From an uncultured Anaerolinea sp. (lineage in GTDB: Bacteria > Chloroflexota > Limnocylindria > Limnocylindrales > CSP1-4), in the NCBI GenBank assembly GCA_964580175.1, contig CAZOJS010000046.1, positions 1-39,192 of the forward strand: a DNA stretch of 39,192 nucleotides, in the 5' to 3' direction. Below, one piece after another: positions 7,909 through 16,490 of this stretch. Each line of letters begins with the position of its first letter. Position 1 is the first letter of the stretch. Made by a program: the position numbers and the translations under genes. Under the pieces are notes generated by a model. It was not told where the DNA came from and did not search any database. It was given only the letters and a program-made list of their open reading frames with translations.

Positions 7909-8759
7909 GACGGCATCGCGAGCGTGGCGGCCACGATCCGCGCCTGGAGGTCACCGTACGCCGGACGCCCACCCGCGACGCCGGCCGCGCCCGGGTCGTT
8001 GACCCGAAGATGCAGCAGGAACTCGCGATTGCCCTCCGGCCCGAGAATCGGCGAGGCAATGCAATGGACGGCGACGAGGCCGACCTCCGTCGCCGCGGTA
8101 ACGACGCGTTCGACGGTCGCGCGGTGGACCACCGGGTCTCGGACGACGCCGCCGGGCACCTGGCCGCGACCGGCTTCGAATTGCGGCTTCACGAGCGCAA
8201 TGATCGAGCCTCGCGCATCGCCGAACGTCGAGGCAACGGGACCGAGGATGAGCCGCAGGGAGATGAAAGACACGTCGATCGTGGCCAGGGCCACCAGGTC
8301 CGGGAGCGTCGACGAGGTGAGCGCACGGGCATTCGTGCGTTCCATCGAGACCACCCGGGGATCCTGGCGGAGCGCCTCCGACAGCTGGCCACGCCCGACA
8401 TCGAGGGCATACACGCGGCGAGCGCCGCGCTGCAGCAGTACGTCGGTAAACCCGCCGGTCGAGGCCCCGACATCGAGGCAGGTCGCGCCGACGGGAACCA
8501 CGCCGAACGCATCCAGGGCGGCCGCGAGCTTGTGGCCACCTCGACTCACGTACGGATCCCGCTCCACGAGGGCGATGACGAGATCCGGCGCCACGAGATC
8601 GCCGGCCTTGCGATCGACCCGGCTCGTGTCTCCCGCGCCGGTCCGCACCTTGCCGCCCAGGATCAGCGCCTGGGCACGGGCGCGGGATGGGGCCAACCCG
8701 CGCTCAACGACCAGCTGGTCGAGTCGCTGGCGACGTCGCCTGATGGTGGCGGTGTTCAC
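7905..8759 (-). CDS. tlyA: TlyA-family 16S/23S rRNA (cytidine-2'-O)-methyltransferase
   Basis: 284 aa, GTG start. S4 domain (RLDQLVVERGLAPSRARAQALILGGKV). SAM motif LDVGASTGGFTDVLLQRGARRVYALDVG. tlyA-nadK adjacency as in Actinobacteria. Confidence 0.9.
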   Translation of the reverse strand: MNTATIRRRRQRLDQLVVERGLAPSRARAQALILGGKVRTGAGDTSRVDRKAGDLVAPDLVIALVERDPYVSRGGHKLAAALDAFGVVPVGATCLDVGASTGGFTDVLLQRGARRVYALDVGRGQLSEALRQDPRVVSMERTNARALTSSTLPDLVALATIDVSFISLRLILGPVASTFGDARGSIIALVKPQFEAGRGQVPGGVVRDPVVHRATVERVVTAATEVGLVAVHCIASPILGPEGNREFLLHLRVNDPGAAGVAGGRPAYGDLQARIVAATLAMPS

Positions 8760-8860
8760 CCGACTATCGTGGCACAGCCGACTTGATCACGGCTCACCGC
8801 GGGGGGTCCTTGCACCCGACGGCCCGCCGGCCTTCGCGGTCTGCCGCGCCTGCTGGCCGG

Positions 8861-10894
8861 CTACCCCGCAGGCGTGGCCGGTGACGGGTCCGGCCGGAGG
8901 CCGAGCGTCGCCAGCGTCTCGCGGACCTGTGCCGCGAGACCCTCGGCATCGAGGCGGAGCATGCGGCGCAGATCCGAGACCGCACCGTGATCGACGAAGC
9001 GGTCCCCCGGGATGCCGACGATGCGAATGGGAATCGCCCGGTACACCGGATCGGTCAGGCGAGCCTCCTCGATCGCCTCGAGGACGGCGCTGCCGAAGCC
9101 GCCGGTCACCACGCTCTCCTCGAACGTCACCACCAGTCGCTTGCCTCGGGCGCGGTCGAGGATCAGCTGCCGGTCCAGCGGCTTGGCGAAGCGCGCGTTG
9201 ATGACCTCGACCGACCAGCCGTCCGACGCCAGCTCCGAAGCCGCGCCCAGCGCCCGCGTCACGATCGGACCGAATCCCACAAACAGAATGTCACGACCAT
9301 CCCGGAGCACCTCGGCCTGTCCGACGTGGATGAGGGGTGGTTCGGTCGCCGGCAAGCCGGCACCGGCGTCGCGGGGGTAATGCAGCGCGAATGGGTGATC
9401 CTGTGCCAGCGCGGTGCGCAGGAGCGCACGCAGCTCCTGCTCGTCCTTCGGGCTCGCCACGATCAGATACGGCAACTGCCGCTGGGCCGGGATCATGAAC
9501 ATGCCCTGGTGCGAAGTCCCGTCCTCCCCTACCAGACCGGCACGATCTACCGCGAGCACGACCGGCAGATCGTTCTGACAGACGTCGTGGACCGTCTGGT
9601 CGAACGCTCGCTGGAGGAACGTCGAGTAGAGCGCGACCACGGGCCGCATCCCGCCGAGCGCCAAACCCGCCGCCATCGTCACCGCATGCTGTTCGGCGAT
9701 ACCGACGTCGATTGACCGCTCTGGATGGGCGGCGCGGAATTTGGCCATTCCCGTACCGGTGGGCATGCCCGCCGTGATTCCCACGATCCGCCGATCATTC
9801 GTCGCCAGGCTGACCAGCTCGTCCGCGAACACGGACGTGTAATTCGGGTTCTTTTGCCGGGTCTCGGGGCCGGTCCGCGGGGGCACCGCGTCCCCGTTCG
9901 AGCCCGACCCATGGGGCGTCGAGGATCGGGCGGGGCGCCCGCTCGTCGCCGGATCGTGTGCGTCGGCGTTCGGAGCAAGGTCCATCGGCGGGAGGGCCGC
10001 GCCGTGGAACGACACCTGATCCGCCTCGGCCGGCCGATACCCGCGGCCCTTCTGCGTCCGGACGTGGACGATGACCGGACCTTTGAGTTCCAGCACCCGG
10101 CCAAACGTCTCGAGCAGGGCGTGAAGGTCGTGCCCGGGCACCACCCCGATGTAGGTGAGCCCGAGATCCTCGAACAGCTGTCCCGGCGAGGCGAGGTTCA
10201 CGACGGACCGGCGGAGCCGCTGGCTCCACTCGAGCGCGGTCGGGCCGACGACCGGGAGCTTCTCGACGAGCCCGTCATAGGCCGACTTGCTCTGCTGCCA
10301 GGCCTGGCTCAGCTTGATCTTCGAGAGGTACGTGGACACCGCGCCGACCGTCGGGCTGATCGACATCTCGTTGTCGTTGAGCACGATCAAGAGCTGCGTG
10401 CCCTTGTGGCCGATGTCGTTGAGGGCCTCGAGCGAGAGCCCGGTCATCAGCGCGGCGTCGCCCACCACCACCGCGATGCGCTCCATCCCGTGTCGCAGGT
10501 CCCGCGCCGTCGCCAGACCCTGGGCGATGGACAGTCCGGTCCCGGCGTGTCCGCCGTCGAAGACGTCGTGCTCGCTCTCGATCCGCCGGGGGAAGCCGCC
10601 CAGGCCGTTCAGCTGACGGAGTGAGGGAAATGTTGCCAGGCGCCCGGTCAGCAGCTTGTGGGCATACGCCTGGTGACCCGTGTCCCAGACGATTCGGTCG
10701 CGGGGCGACTCGAGGAGCCTGTGGAGGGCGAGGGTCAATTCCACGACGCCAAGCGATGAGCCAAGGTGACCACCGGTCCCCGCGACGGTCGCGATGATCG
10801 TCTCGCGCACCTCGGCGGCGAGGGCGGCGAGCGTGCCCTCGTCCATGCCGCGCAGGTCGGCGGGTCCCTGGAGTCCCTTGAGAATGGAGCTCAC
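8861..10894 (-). CDS. dxs: 1-deoxy-D-xylulose-5-phosphate synthase
   Basis: 677 aa. GGHLGSSLGVVELT, WDTGHQAYAHK, TPP motif GDAALMTG...LNDNEMSIS, transketolase-like PYR and C-terminal domains. Carries an expanded low-complexity linker at residues ~301-350. Confidence 0.95.
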   Translation of the reverse strand: MSSILKGLQGPADLRGMDEGTLAALAAEVRETIIATVAGTGGHLGSSLGVVELTLALHRLLESPRDRIVWDTGHQAYAHKLLTGRLATFPSLRQLNGLGGFPRRIESEHDVFDGGHAGTGLSIAQGLATARDLRHGMERIAVVVGDAALMTGLSLEALNDIGHKGTQLLIVLNDNEMSISPTVGAVSTYLSKIKLSQAWQQSKSAYDGLVEKLPVVGPTALEWSQRLRRSVVNLASPGQLFEDLGLTYIGVVPGHDLHALLETFGRVLELKGPVIVHVRTQKGRGYRPAEADQVSFHGAALPPMDLAPNADAHDPATSGRPARSSTPHGSGSNGDAVPPRTGPETRQKNPNYTSVFADELVSLATNDRRIVGITAGMPTGTGMAKFRAAHPERSIDVGIAEQHAVTMAAGLALGGMRPVVALYSTFLQRAFDQTVHDVCQNDLPVVLAVDRAGLVGEDGTSHQGMFMIPAQRQLPYLIVASPKDEQELRALLRTALAQDHPFALHYPRDAGAGLPATEPPLIHVGQAEVLRDGRDILFVGFGPIVTRALGAASELASDGWSVEVINARFAKPLDRQLILDRARGKRLVVTFEESVVTGGFGSAVLEAIEEARLTDPVYRAIPIRIVGIPGDRFVDHGAVSDLRRMLRLDAEGLAAQVRETLATLGLRPDPSPATPAG

Positions 10895-10993
10895 GGTGCC
10901 TTCTCACTCCGTCTTTGATCGTGATCGAGGGGCAGCCGGGCCGGATGCCGATTATGTGATACCACGGCCGCGCATGTTTTGCTGCGAACTCGG

Positions 10994-11275
10994 TTACTCG
11001 GCGTCGCGAGCCTCCTCGGGGCGGACGTCGATGGCGGACAGCGCTCCGCCGGCGCGGGTCACCAGTTGCTGGACCTTGAGTTCCGCCGCCGCGAGCAGAC
11101 CGGCACAGCGCTCGTGAAGGGCCACCCCGCGTTCGTAGAGGGCGATCGAGCGCTCCAGCGGTTGTCCGCCGGCCTCGAGCTCCGCGACTGCTTTCTGGAG
11201 CTCCGCGAGGGCATCGTCGAATGCCAGGCGATCGATGGGGGTCTCAGTCGTCTCCGGCACCAGCATCCTCGTCAT
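10994..11275 (-). CDS. xseB: Exodeoxyribonuclease VII small subunit
   Basis: FDDALAELQKAVAELEAGGQPLERSIALYERGVALHERCAGLL is the classic XseB helical hairpin. The start is uncertain (ATG 11275, ATG 11266 or GTG 11260). All three overlap the end of the upstream mini-ORF. Confidence 0.85.
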   Translation of the reverse strand: MTRMLVPETTETPIDRLAFDDALAELQKAVAELEAGGQPLERSIALYERGVALHERCAGLLAAAELKVQQLVTRAGGALSAIDVRPEEARDAE

Positions 11276-11396
11276 TGCGATCGATCAGCCGCGACAGGCG
11301 CGGCGCCAGGAAGAAGATACCCAACCCGAACGCTGCCGTACCGATTACGGCGGCGAGCGTCACGAGGATCACGACTTGTTCGAGTACCCAAGTCAC
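11244..11396 (-). CDS. Hypothetical 50-aa single-TM mini-protein between xseA and xseB
   Basis: Manual translation: VTWVLEQVVILVTLAAVIGTAAFGLGIFFLAPRLSRLIDRNDEDAGAGDD*. GTG 11396 overlaps the xseA stop (GTGA). Clear hydrophobic helix followed by an acidic tail. Absent from the ORF track (short). Confidence 0.4.
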   Translation of the reverse strand: MTWVLEQVVILVTLAAVIGTAAFGLGIFFLAPRLSRLIDRNDEDAGAGDD

Positions 11397-12721
11397 GGCT
11401 CGACCCGATCGGCGGTGGCCGGGAACTCGCCGAGCGCGACACGGACCCTCAGCCCGGTGCCGCCCGGGACATGTGCTGGATCTCGGACGATCGCGCCATC
11501 GACGGCCCGGCGGACGATGGCATATCCGCGCCGCAGGGTTGCCGCCGGGCCGAGGGCGCTGAGTGACGCTCCGGCTGTCGCGAGTTGCCCGCCGCTCGAG
11601 GCGAGGCGCCCGCTGACCAGACCAGGGAGACGTTCCGAAAGCCGCTCGTCGCTACGCCGAGCGTCGACCAAACTCGCCCAGATCGCACGGGTGCCGCGCT
11701 CCAGCAGGTCGCCGGCACGTTGGCGGGACGCAGCCAGACGCGTGGCGGGATGGAGTCGGCTCAGCAGCCGCCGCTCCCCGGCGACATCGCGGGCGGCCCC
11801 GGCCACGACCCGCGCGGCAGCACTGCGCATCCGTTCCGCGCCACGAGCCAGGGATGCGGCGAAGTCCGCCCGGTCGGGTACGACGAGTTCGGCCGCCGCG
11901 GACGGCGTCGGAGCGCGCACGTCGGCCGCAAAGTCCGCCAGCGTCACGTCGACCTCGTGACCCACCCCACACACGACGGGTAATCGGTGCGCGACGATCG
12001 CCCGGACCACCCGTTCATCGTTGAACGACCAGAGATCCTCCATCGAGCCTCCGCCGCGGGCGAGAATCGTGACCGTCGGTGCCATCTCGGCGTTGCCCGC
12101 ATGGCGGAGTTCCTCCACGTGCGACTCGAGGCGACGAAACGCTCCCACGATGCTCTGCGCGCTCCCCTCGCCCTGGACTTTGCAGGCCACAAGAAGAACG
12201 CGCGCCAGCGGCCAGCGGCGCGCCAGGACCTGGCAAATGTCCTTCCATACCGCACCGGTCGGCGACGTGATCACGGCGATGACCGTCGGCCGCGCCGGCA
12301 GCGGACGCTTCCGCGTCGCATCGAACAGGCCCTCGTCGGACAGGCGCGCCTTGAGCTGCTCAAACCGGATGGCCAGATCGCCGACCCCGGACGGCTGCAT
12401 CGACTCGACGTACACCTGCAGCGCGCCCTGCGGCTCATACAGGTCAACACGACCATGGATCACGACGCGCAGCCCGGTCTGCGGCTGGAACACCGATCGG
12501 ATGCGCTCATCGCGGAACCACACGCACTGGAGCTGGGACTTCTCGTCCTTGAGCACGAAATATGCGTGGCCGGCCGTCGAGATCGTGACCCGGCCGACCT
12601 CGCCCTCGATCCACAAGTCCCGCAGCTGATCGTCCGCCCGGATGAGCGCAGCGACCATGCGGGCCGCCTCGCTGACCGCGAGAATGCGCAGTCCCGGCGC
12701 CCCTGGCGGTGTGGAACGCAC
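11393..12721 (-). CDS. xseA: Exodeoxyribonuclease VII large subunit
   Basis: 442 aa. N-terminal OB fold (LWIEGEVGRVTISTAGHAYFVLKD), catalytic core (ITSPTGAVWKD...RGGGSMEDLWSFNDE...GVGHEVDVTLADFAAD). GTG start 5 nt after the efp stop. Confidence 0.9.
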   Translation of the reverse strand: MRSTPPGAPGLRILAVSEAARMVAALIRADDQLRDLWIEGEVGRVTISTAGHAYFVLKDEKSQLQCVWFRDERIRSVFQPQTGLRVVIHGRVDLYEPQGALQVYVESMQPSGVGDLAIRFEQLKARLSDEGLFDATRKRPLPARPTVIAVITSPTGAVWKDICQVLARRWPLARVLLVACKVQGEGSAQSIVGAFRRLESHVEELRHAGNAEMAPTVTILARGGGSMEDLWSFNDERVVRAIVAHRLPVVCGVGHEVDVTLADFAADVRAPTPSAAAELVVPDRADFAASLARGAERMRSAAARVVAGAARDVAGERRLLSRLHPATRLAASRQRAGDLLERGTRAIWASLVDARRSDERLSERLPGLVSGRLASSGGQLATAGASLSALGPAATLRRGYAIVRRAVDGAIVRDPAHVPGGTGLRVRVALGEFPATADRVEP

Positions 12722-12726
12722 CGTCG

Positions 12727-13284
12727 TCAGACCCGGGTCTGGTACTCGCCGGTCCGCGTATCGATCCGGACGGTGTCACCTTCGTTCACGAACAGGGGTA
12801 CGGAGACGACGAGGCCGGTCTCGAGCGTTGCCGGTTTCCTGGCTCCCTGGGCGGTGTCGCCCGCAAAACCTGGCTCGCTGGTGACGACGGCGAGCTCCAC
12901 CGTGACCGGCAGCTCGACACCGAGCGTCTCGCCCTGGTAGGTCGTCCGATCGAGGATCATCCCGTCCTTCAGGTACTGCGCCGTTTCGGCCAGCTGATCC
13001 GTTCGCAGGACGAACTGGTCGTACGTGTCGGTGTCCATGAAGTGGTACTCGTCTGCGTCGCGGTAGAGGAACTGCACGGGACGCCGCTCCATCGAGGCGC
13101 GCGGCCACTTCGTGCCGGCCTGGAAGGACCGCTCGACTGTCCCGCCGCGGCGGATGTTGCGGAGGGAGATCCGGACCTGGGCGGAGCCACGACCCATCTT
13201 GATGTGGTGGTAGTCGAGGATCTGCCAGAGTTCGCCGTCAAGTTCGATGGCCACGCCCTTGCGCAGCTCGCCGGTGCTGATCAT
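12727..13284 (-). CDS. efp: Translation elongation factor P
   Basis: 185 aa, full-length three-domain EF-P. Loop KMGRGSAQV at residues 29-37. AGGAG 11 nt upstream of the ATG. Confidence 0.95.
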   Translation of the reverse strand: MISTGELRKGVAIELDGELWQILDYHHIKMGRGSAQVRISLRNIRRGGTVERSFQAGTKWPRASMERRPVQFLYRDADEYHFMDTDTYDQFVLRTDQLAETAQYLKDGMILDRTTYQGETLGVELPVTVELAVVTSEPGFAGDTAQGARKPATLETGLVVSVPLFVNEGDTVRIDTRTGEYQTRV

Positions 13285-13364
13285 GCGCTGGAATGCTCCT
13301 GGCTGGCGCTGCTCCGCGCACGGGGGACATGCGGACCGCGGACGTGCTTGGGTGCTCTGGCTGG

Positions 13365-13370
13365 ATTGTA
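13365..13370 (-). promoter_or_regulatory. Putative -10 hexamer TACAAT for efp (leadered; about 80 nt upstream of the ATG, with AGGAG SD)
   Basis: Minus strand reads ctcgggTACAATccagcc. It shares the TACAATCC core with the cysteine desulfurase element. Confidence 0.3.
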
Positions 13371-13411
13371 CCCGAGGGCTTCGGACCGACCGCCCGGACG
13401 CTTCGGCCGGC

Positions 13412-14656
13412 CTAACTCCCGACCACGATGACGTCTCGGGGAAACAGGGTCATCCGGTCGAGACGGCCCGCCTGCGCGTCGAACAGCACGAGATCCTCGA
13501 TGCGCACGCCGGTCTCGCCTTCGAGGTAGATCCCCGGCTCCACGGAGAAGACCGTCGGCGACGGGAGGGGCGTCGTTGCGGCGCTTCGGCCGAGGGACGG
13601 CAGCTCGTGGGTCGCCAGGCCGATGCCGTGCCCGAGGCCGTGCTGGAACGAAGGCCAGCGACCATCCGCCTCGATGGTCTCCCGGGCGATCCCGTCTATC
13701 GATCGTCCATCCGGAAGCGGCACCCCCTGACGCGCTGCGGCCAGCCCTGCCCGGAGCGCATCGAGGGCCGCGGACTGGGACGCGGCGACTGTCTGATAGA
13801 CGCCGAGATCCCGTGCTCCGGGCTCGCCGACGAACAACGTCCGGGTCATGTCGCTCCGATACCCTGCGACCTGCGCCCCGAAATCGAACAGCAGGACGGC
13901 ACCTGACGGGACGGGCCGGTCGCCCGGCGATCCGTGCGGCAACGCCGCCTCCGCACCCGCGAGACAGGTGACGTCGAAGGCGAGGGCCTCGGCGCCGCCG
14001 GTCCGCATGCGCCACTCGAGGTCCAGCGCAAATTCCGTCTCGGTCACGCCGACCCGGATCGACGGGAGCAGTGAAGCCAGCGCGCGGTCGGCGACCGCGC
14101 ACGCGGCGCCGATCCGTTCGATCTCCGTGGCCTCCTTGACCTGCCGGTCGGCCTCGACCCATCCCTCGACCGGGATGAGCTCCACGCCCGGGTTGGCCCT
14201 GGCGAGTCGCTCCCACGTCGCGTGCGAGACGAAACCGGCCTCGACCGCCACCCGACGCACCCCTGCCGTAGCCACCAGGACGGGCCATCGCTCAACCAGC
14301 GCGTGATAGCACTCGAAGATCGTCGCGTCGGGGGCTTCGCGACTCGCCTGGATCGCGTAGCGACTGTCGGCCAGGACGTGGACCTCGTCGGCCGTGACCA
14401 GGAAGCGGCCCGAATCGCCGGCCGATGCCGTCTCCGTTTCGGCCAGCGTGAAGCCGGTCAGGTACCGCATGTGCTCCCGGCGCACGCCGAAGTAGCCGTC
14501 GACCCCGGCGGCTTCCATGCGTGCGCGAAGCCGGCCGAGCCGAGCGGGCCGCGCCGAACGGTCCGACTCCGCCCAGCCAACCAGATCGGCCCGGGAAGGC
14601 GGCGGCGCAAAGTCGGCCGGGTGCGGCCATCCCGCACTGGATTGTTCCGGTTTCAC
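13412..14656 (-). CDS. Xaa-Pro aminopeptidase / M24-family metallopeptidase
   Basis: 414 aa. Creatinase-like N-domain plus pita-bread fold with metal ligands (FDFGAQVAGYRSDMTRT, HGLGHGIGLATHE, VFSVEPGIY, VRIEDLV). GTGA overlap with the mltG stop. pepP-efp neighbourhood as in Bacillus. Confidence 0.85.
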   Translation of the reverse strand: MKPEQSSAGWPHPADFAPPPSRADLVGWAESDRSARPARLGRLRARMEAAGVDGYFGVRREHMRYLTGFTLAETETASAGDSGRFLVTADEVHVLADSRYAIQASREAPDATIFECYHALVERWPVLVATAGVRRVAVEAGFVSHATWERLARANPGVELIPVEGWVEADRQVKEATEIERIGAACAVADRALASLLPSIRVGVTETEFALDLEWRMRTGGAEALAFDVTCLAGAEAALPHGSPGDRPVPSGAVLLFDFGAQVAGYRSDMTRTLFVGEPGARDLGVYQTVAASQSAALDALRAGLAAARQGVPLPDGRSIDGIARETIEADGRWPSFQHGLGHGIGLATHELPSLGRSAATTPLPSPTVFSVEPGIYLEGETGVRIEDLVLFDAQAGRLDRMTLFPRDVIVVGS

Positions 14657-16041
14657 TGATAGCCGTACTTCGTGCGGTTGGCATTGTGCTCGGCGAGGGT
14701 TTTCGCAAAGACGTGGAGCCCGGACCCGTCCGGGATCGCCAGGAAGTAGATGTAGTCGCCGGCGGTATCAGGCTCGAGGGCAGCGTCGATGGACACAACC
14801 GATGGGCTGCAGATGGGACCCGGGATCAGCCCGCGGTTCTGATAGGTCTGGTAGCCCTGCAAATCGTCCGCAACCTGGACGTTGGCGAGGCCGCCCTCGG
14901 GGATGCTCCAGAAGAAGTAGTTGATCCACTCCTCGAACGCCAACGTGCGCAGGGCCATGGAGTCCGCGGCGAACAGCACGGTCGGGTCGGCGTTCAGGAT
15001 CGTCTTCGAACCACCCTTGCCGTCCAGTCGATTCTGATACGCACCGGCGATCAGCGGGCGCTCCTCATCCACGATTGCTTCACGTTCGACGATCGAGGCC
15101 AGGCTGAGCACCTGGTAGAAGGTCAGGCCCCGGCTCTCGGCGACTTGGAGTCGGACGTCGCCGATCGCATCGTGGAACTTGGTCAGCATCATCCGGACCA
15201 GATCCTCGGCCGTCGTCACCTTGAACGGTCCGCCGTTGGCCGAGGTGACCAGGGTGTAGGTCGCCGGGTACAGGAATCCCTCGAGGCTCGCGCCCTCAGG
15301 AAGCTGCAGCCACGGGTAGTCGGCCAGCAGGGTCGCGTTCGGCGCCGCGGCGAGATCGTAGAACGCCCGTGGATCGACACCGGAATCGACTGTCTGAAGC
15401 TTGGCGACCACCTGTTCCAGGCGAATCCCCTCCCGGAAGGTCACGTCCACCGTCGTCACGGAGATGCGCGCTTCAACCAGGGCGCCGACCAGCTCCAGAG
15501 GCGTCATGTCGCGCCTGAGCAGGAACAACCCGGCCTGCAGGTTTGGCGCGAGGTCCGTCTCGGTCGCCGTGAACATGAACGCGCGCTCGGACGTCACAAA
15601 TGCTTCGTCCTGCAGGCGGGCGGCCAACGTCGGCACGGTTTCGCCGAGCTGGACCTCGAAGACGACCTCCTCGTCCGACCCGGGTGCCGGATCTGTCAGC
15701 GCTGGTCCGAGATCCTCGCGGATCATGTCTGCCACGAACGGGAGCCGAAGCGACCCCGGGTTGTCCCACGCCCAGCCAACCACTGCGGCGCGGACCAGTG
15801 GACGGAGGGCGGTCAACCCGGCGACCACGACCAGCGCCGCCAGCAGGCCCGTGAAGAGGAGGAAGCGGACCAGGCCCGGCAGGCCCGTGGGATGGCCGCC
15901 CCGTCGCTCCGGGCGCCTGCCGCCCGGTGGCCCCCCCCTGCCGTCCGACGCCCGCCACGATGGCATGTCTGCGCCCTCGTACGCGCCCGGCTCCATGCGC
16001 TTCGCCTGATCGCGCGGTCCGCCGCCGCCGCGAATGCTCAC
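14653..16041 (-). CDS. mltG: Endolytic murein transglycosylase MltG (YceG-like)
   Basis: TM anchor FLLFTGLLAALVVVAGLTAL. YceG core (AYQNRLDG...LNADPTVLF...YQTYQNRGLIPGPICSPS...YIYFLA). Start placed at GTG 16041 (GTGA overlap with the ruvX stop). ATG 15996 is an alternative. The 618-aa track ORF overlaps ruvX. Confidence 0.85.
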   Translation of the reverse strand: MSIRGGGGPRDQAKRMEPGAYEGADMPSWRASDGRGGPPGGRRPERRGGHPTGLPGLVRFLLFTGLLAALVVVAGLTALRPLVRAAVVGWAWDNPGSLRLPFVADMIREDLGPALTDPAPGSDEEVVFEVQLGETVPTLAARLQDEAFVTSERAFMFTATETDLAPNLQAGLFLLRRDMTPLELVGALVEARISVTTVDVTFREGIRLEQVVAKLQTVDSGVDPRAFYDLAAAPNATLLADYPWLQLPEGASLEGFLYPATYTLVTSANGGPFKVTTAEDLVRMMLTKFHDAIGDVRLQVAESRGLTFYQVLSLASIVEREAIVDEERPLIAGAYQNRLDGKGGSKTILNADPTVLFAADSMALRTLAFEEWINYFFWSIPEGGLANVQVADDLQGYQTYQNRGLIPGPICSPSVVSIDAALEPDTAGDYIYFLAIPDGSGLHVFAKTLAEHNANRTKYGYQ

Positions 16042-16490
16042 GCGCGCTCCCCGGCGTCGATCTCGTCCTGCAGGATGATGGCGGCAGCCTCGCGATCCAC
16101 CCGCGCACGATAGCGGTCCCGCTGGGTCGGCGAGGGCGGCCCTCCGGAACGCCCGCGCGGCATCTTGCCCATTCGCAATTCGGCTCGATGGCTGCTCAAG
16201 CGCTCGTCGCGGAGGCGAACCGGAAGTCCAAGTGCCTCGCCCAGCCGGGTTGCCCACGCCCGGGCATCCTGGGCCATGGCGCCCTCGTCGCCACCGGCGT
16301 GCAGCGGCAGGCCGACGACAAGCTCGGTGATCTGCTGTTCCGTCACGATCGCCCCGATCGTAAGGACGTCGCCGGCGAGGTCGGCTGAGCGCTGGACGGT
16401 CGTCAACGGGCGGGCCGGCTCCCGTTCCGGATCCGCAATCGCCAGCCCGATCCGCCGCTCGCCGAGATCGATCCCGAGGAGCCGACTCAC
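16038..16490 (-). CDS. ruvX: Holliday-junction-resolvase-like nuclease / pre-16S rRNA nuclease RuvX (YqgF)
   Basis: 150 aa. LLGIDLGERRIGLAIADP N-terminus and the DERLSS motif typical of YqgF. GTGA overlap with the upstream gene. Confidence 0.9.
   Translation of the reverse strand: MSRLLGIDLGERRIGLAIADPEREPARPLTTVQRSADLAGDVLTIGAIVTEQQITELVVGLPLHAGGDEGAMAQDARAWATRLGEALGLPVRLRDERLSSHRAELRMGKMPRGRSGGPPSPTQRDRYRARVDREAAAIILQDEIDAGERA

Noticed and set aside
7905-8759. TlyA as a haemolysin or virulence factor.
   Set aside because: The S4 plus FtsJ-like SAM-methyltransferase architecture and the dxs-tlyA-nadK housekeeping context indicate the rRNA 2'-O-methyltransferase role. Nothing in the window suggests a toxin locus.
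7498-9201. Long plus-strand ORFs antisense to conserved genes. Examples: 7498-9201 (567 aa), 14521-16113 (530 aa), 16686-18104 (472 aa), 19610-20806, 20921-22222, 24033-25355, 33473-35509 (678 aa), 34933-36969 (678 aa).
   Set aside because: Each lies entirely opposite a minus-strand gene with unmistakable family motifs (tlyA/dxs, mltG, alaS, the desulfurase, relA, murE). Their translations are Arg/Pro/Gly/Ala-rich low-complexity strings with no motifs. Long stop-free antisense frames are expected in ~70% GC DNA.
10951-10956. CATAAT (minus strand) in the AT-richer patch upstream of dxs as its promoter -10.
   Set aside because: It is plausible but isolated: 56 nt from the GTG start, with no convincing -35 or TGn. 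It does not fit the close-to-start pattern seen elsewhere, so the evidence is too weak to list as a feature.
13285-13411. Intergenic spacers (13285-13411, 25269-25380, 8760-8860, 5048-5198) as possible tRNA or small-RNA genes, or as copies of a REP/MITE element.
   Set aside because: None shows a tRNA-like acceptor or T-arm (GGTTCGA-type) pattern or a convincing long stem. The only motif shared between spacers is the short GGATTGT (TACAATCC on the coding strand), better explained as a -10 promoter core. The two CCGAAGC-containing half-repeats near 13372-13410 form only 3-4-bp stems.
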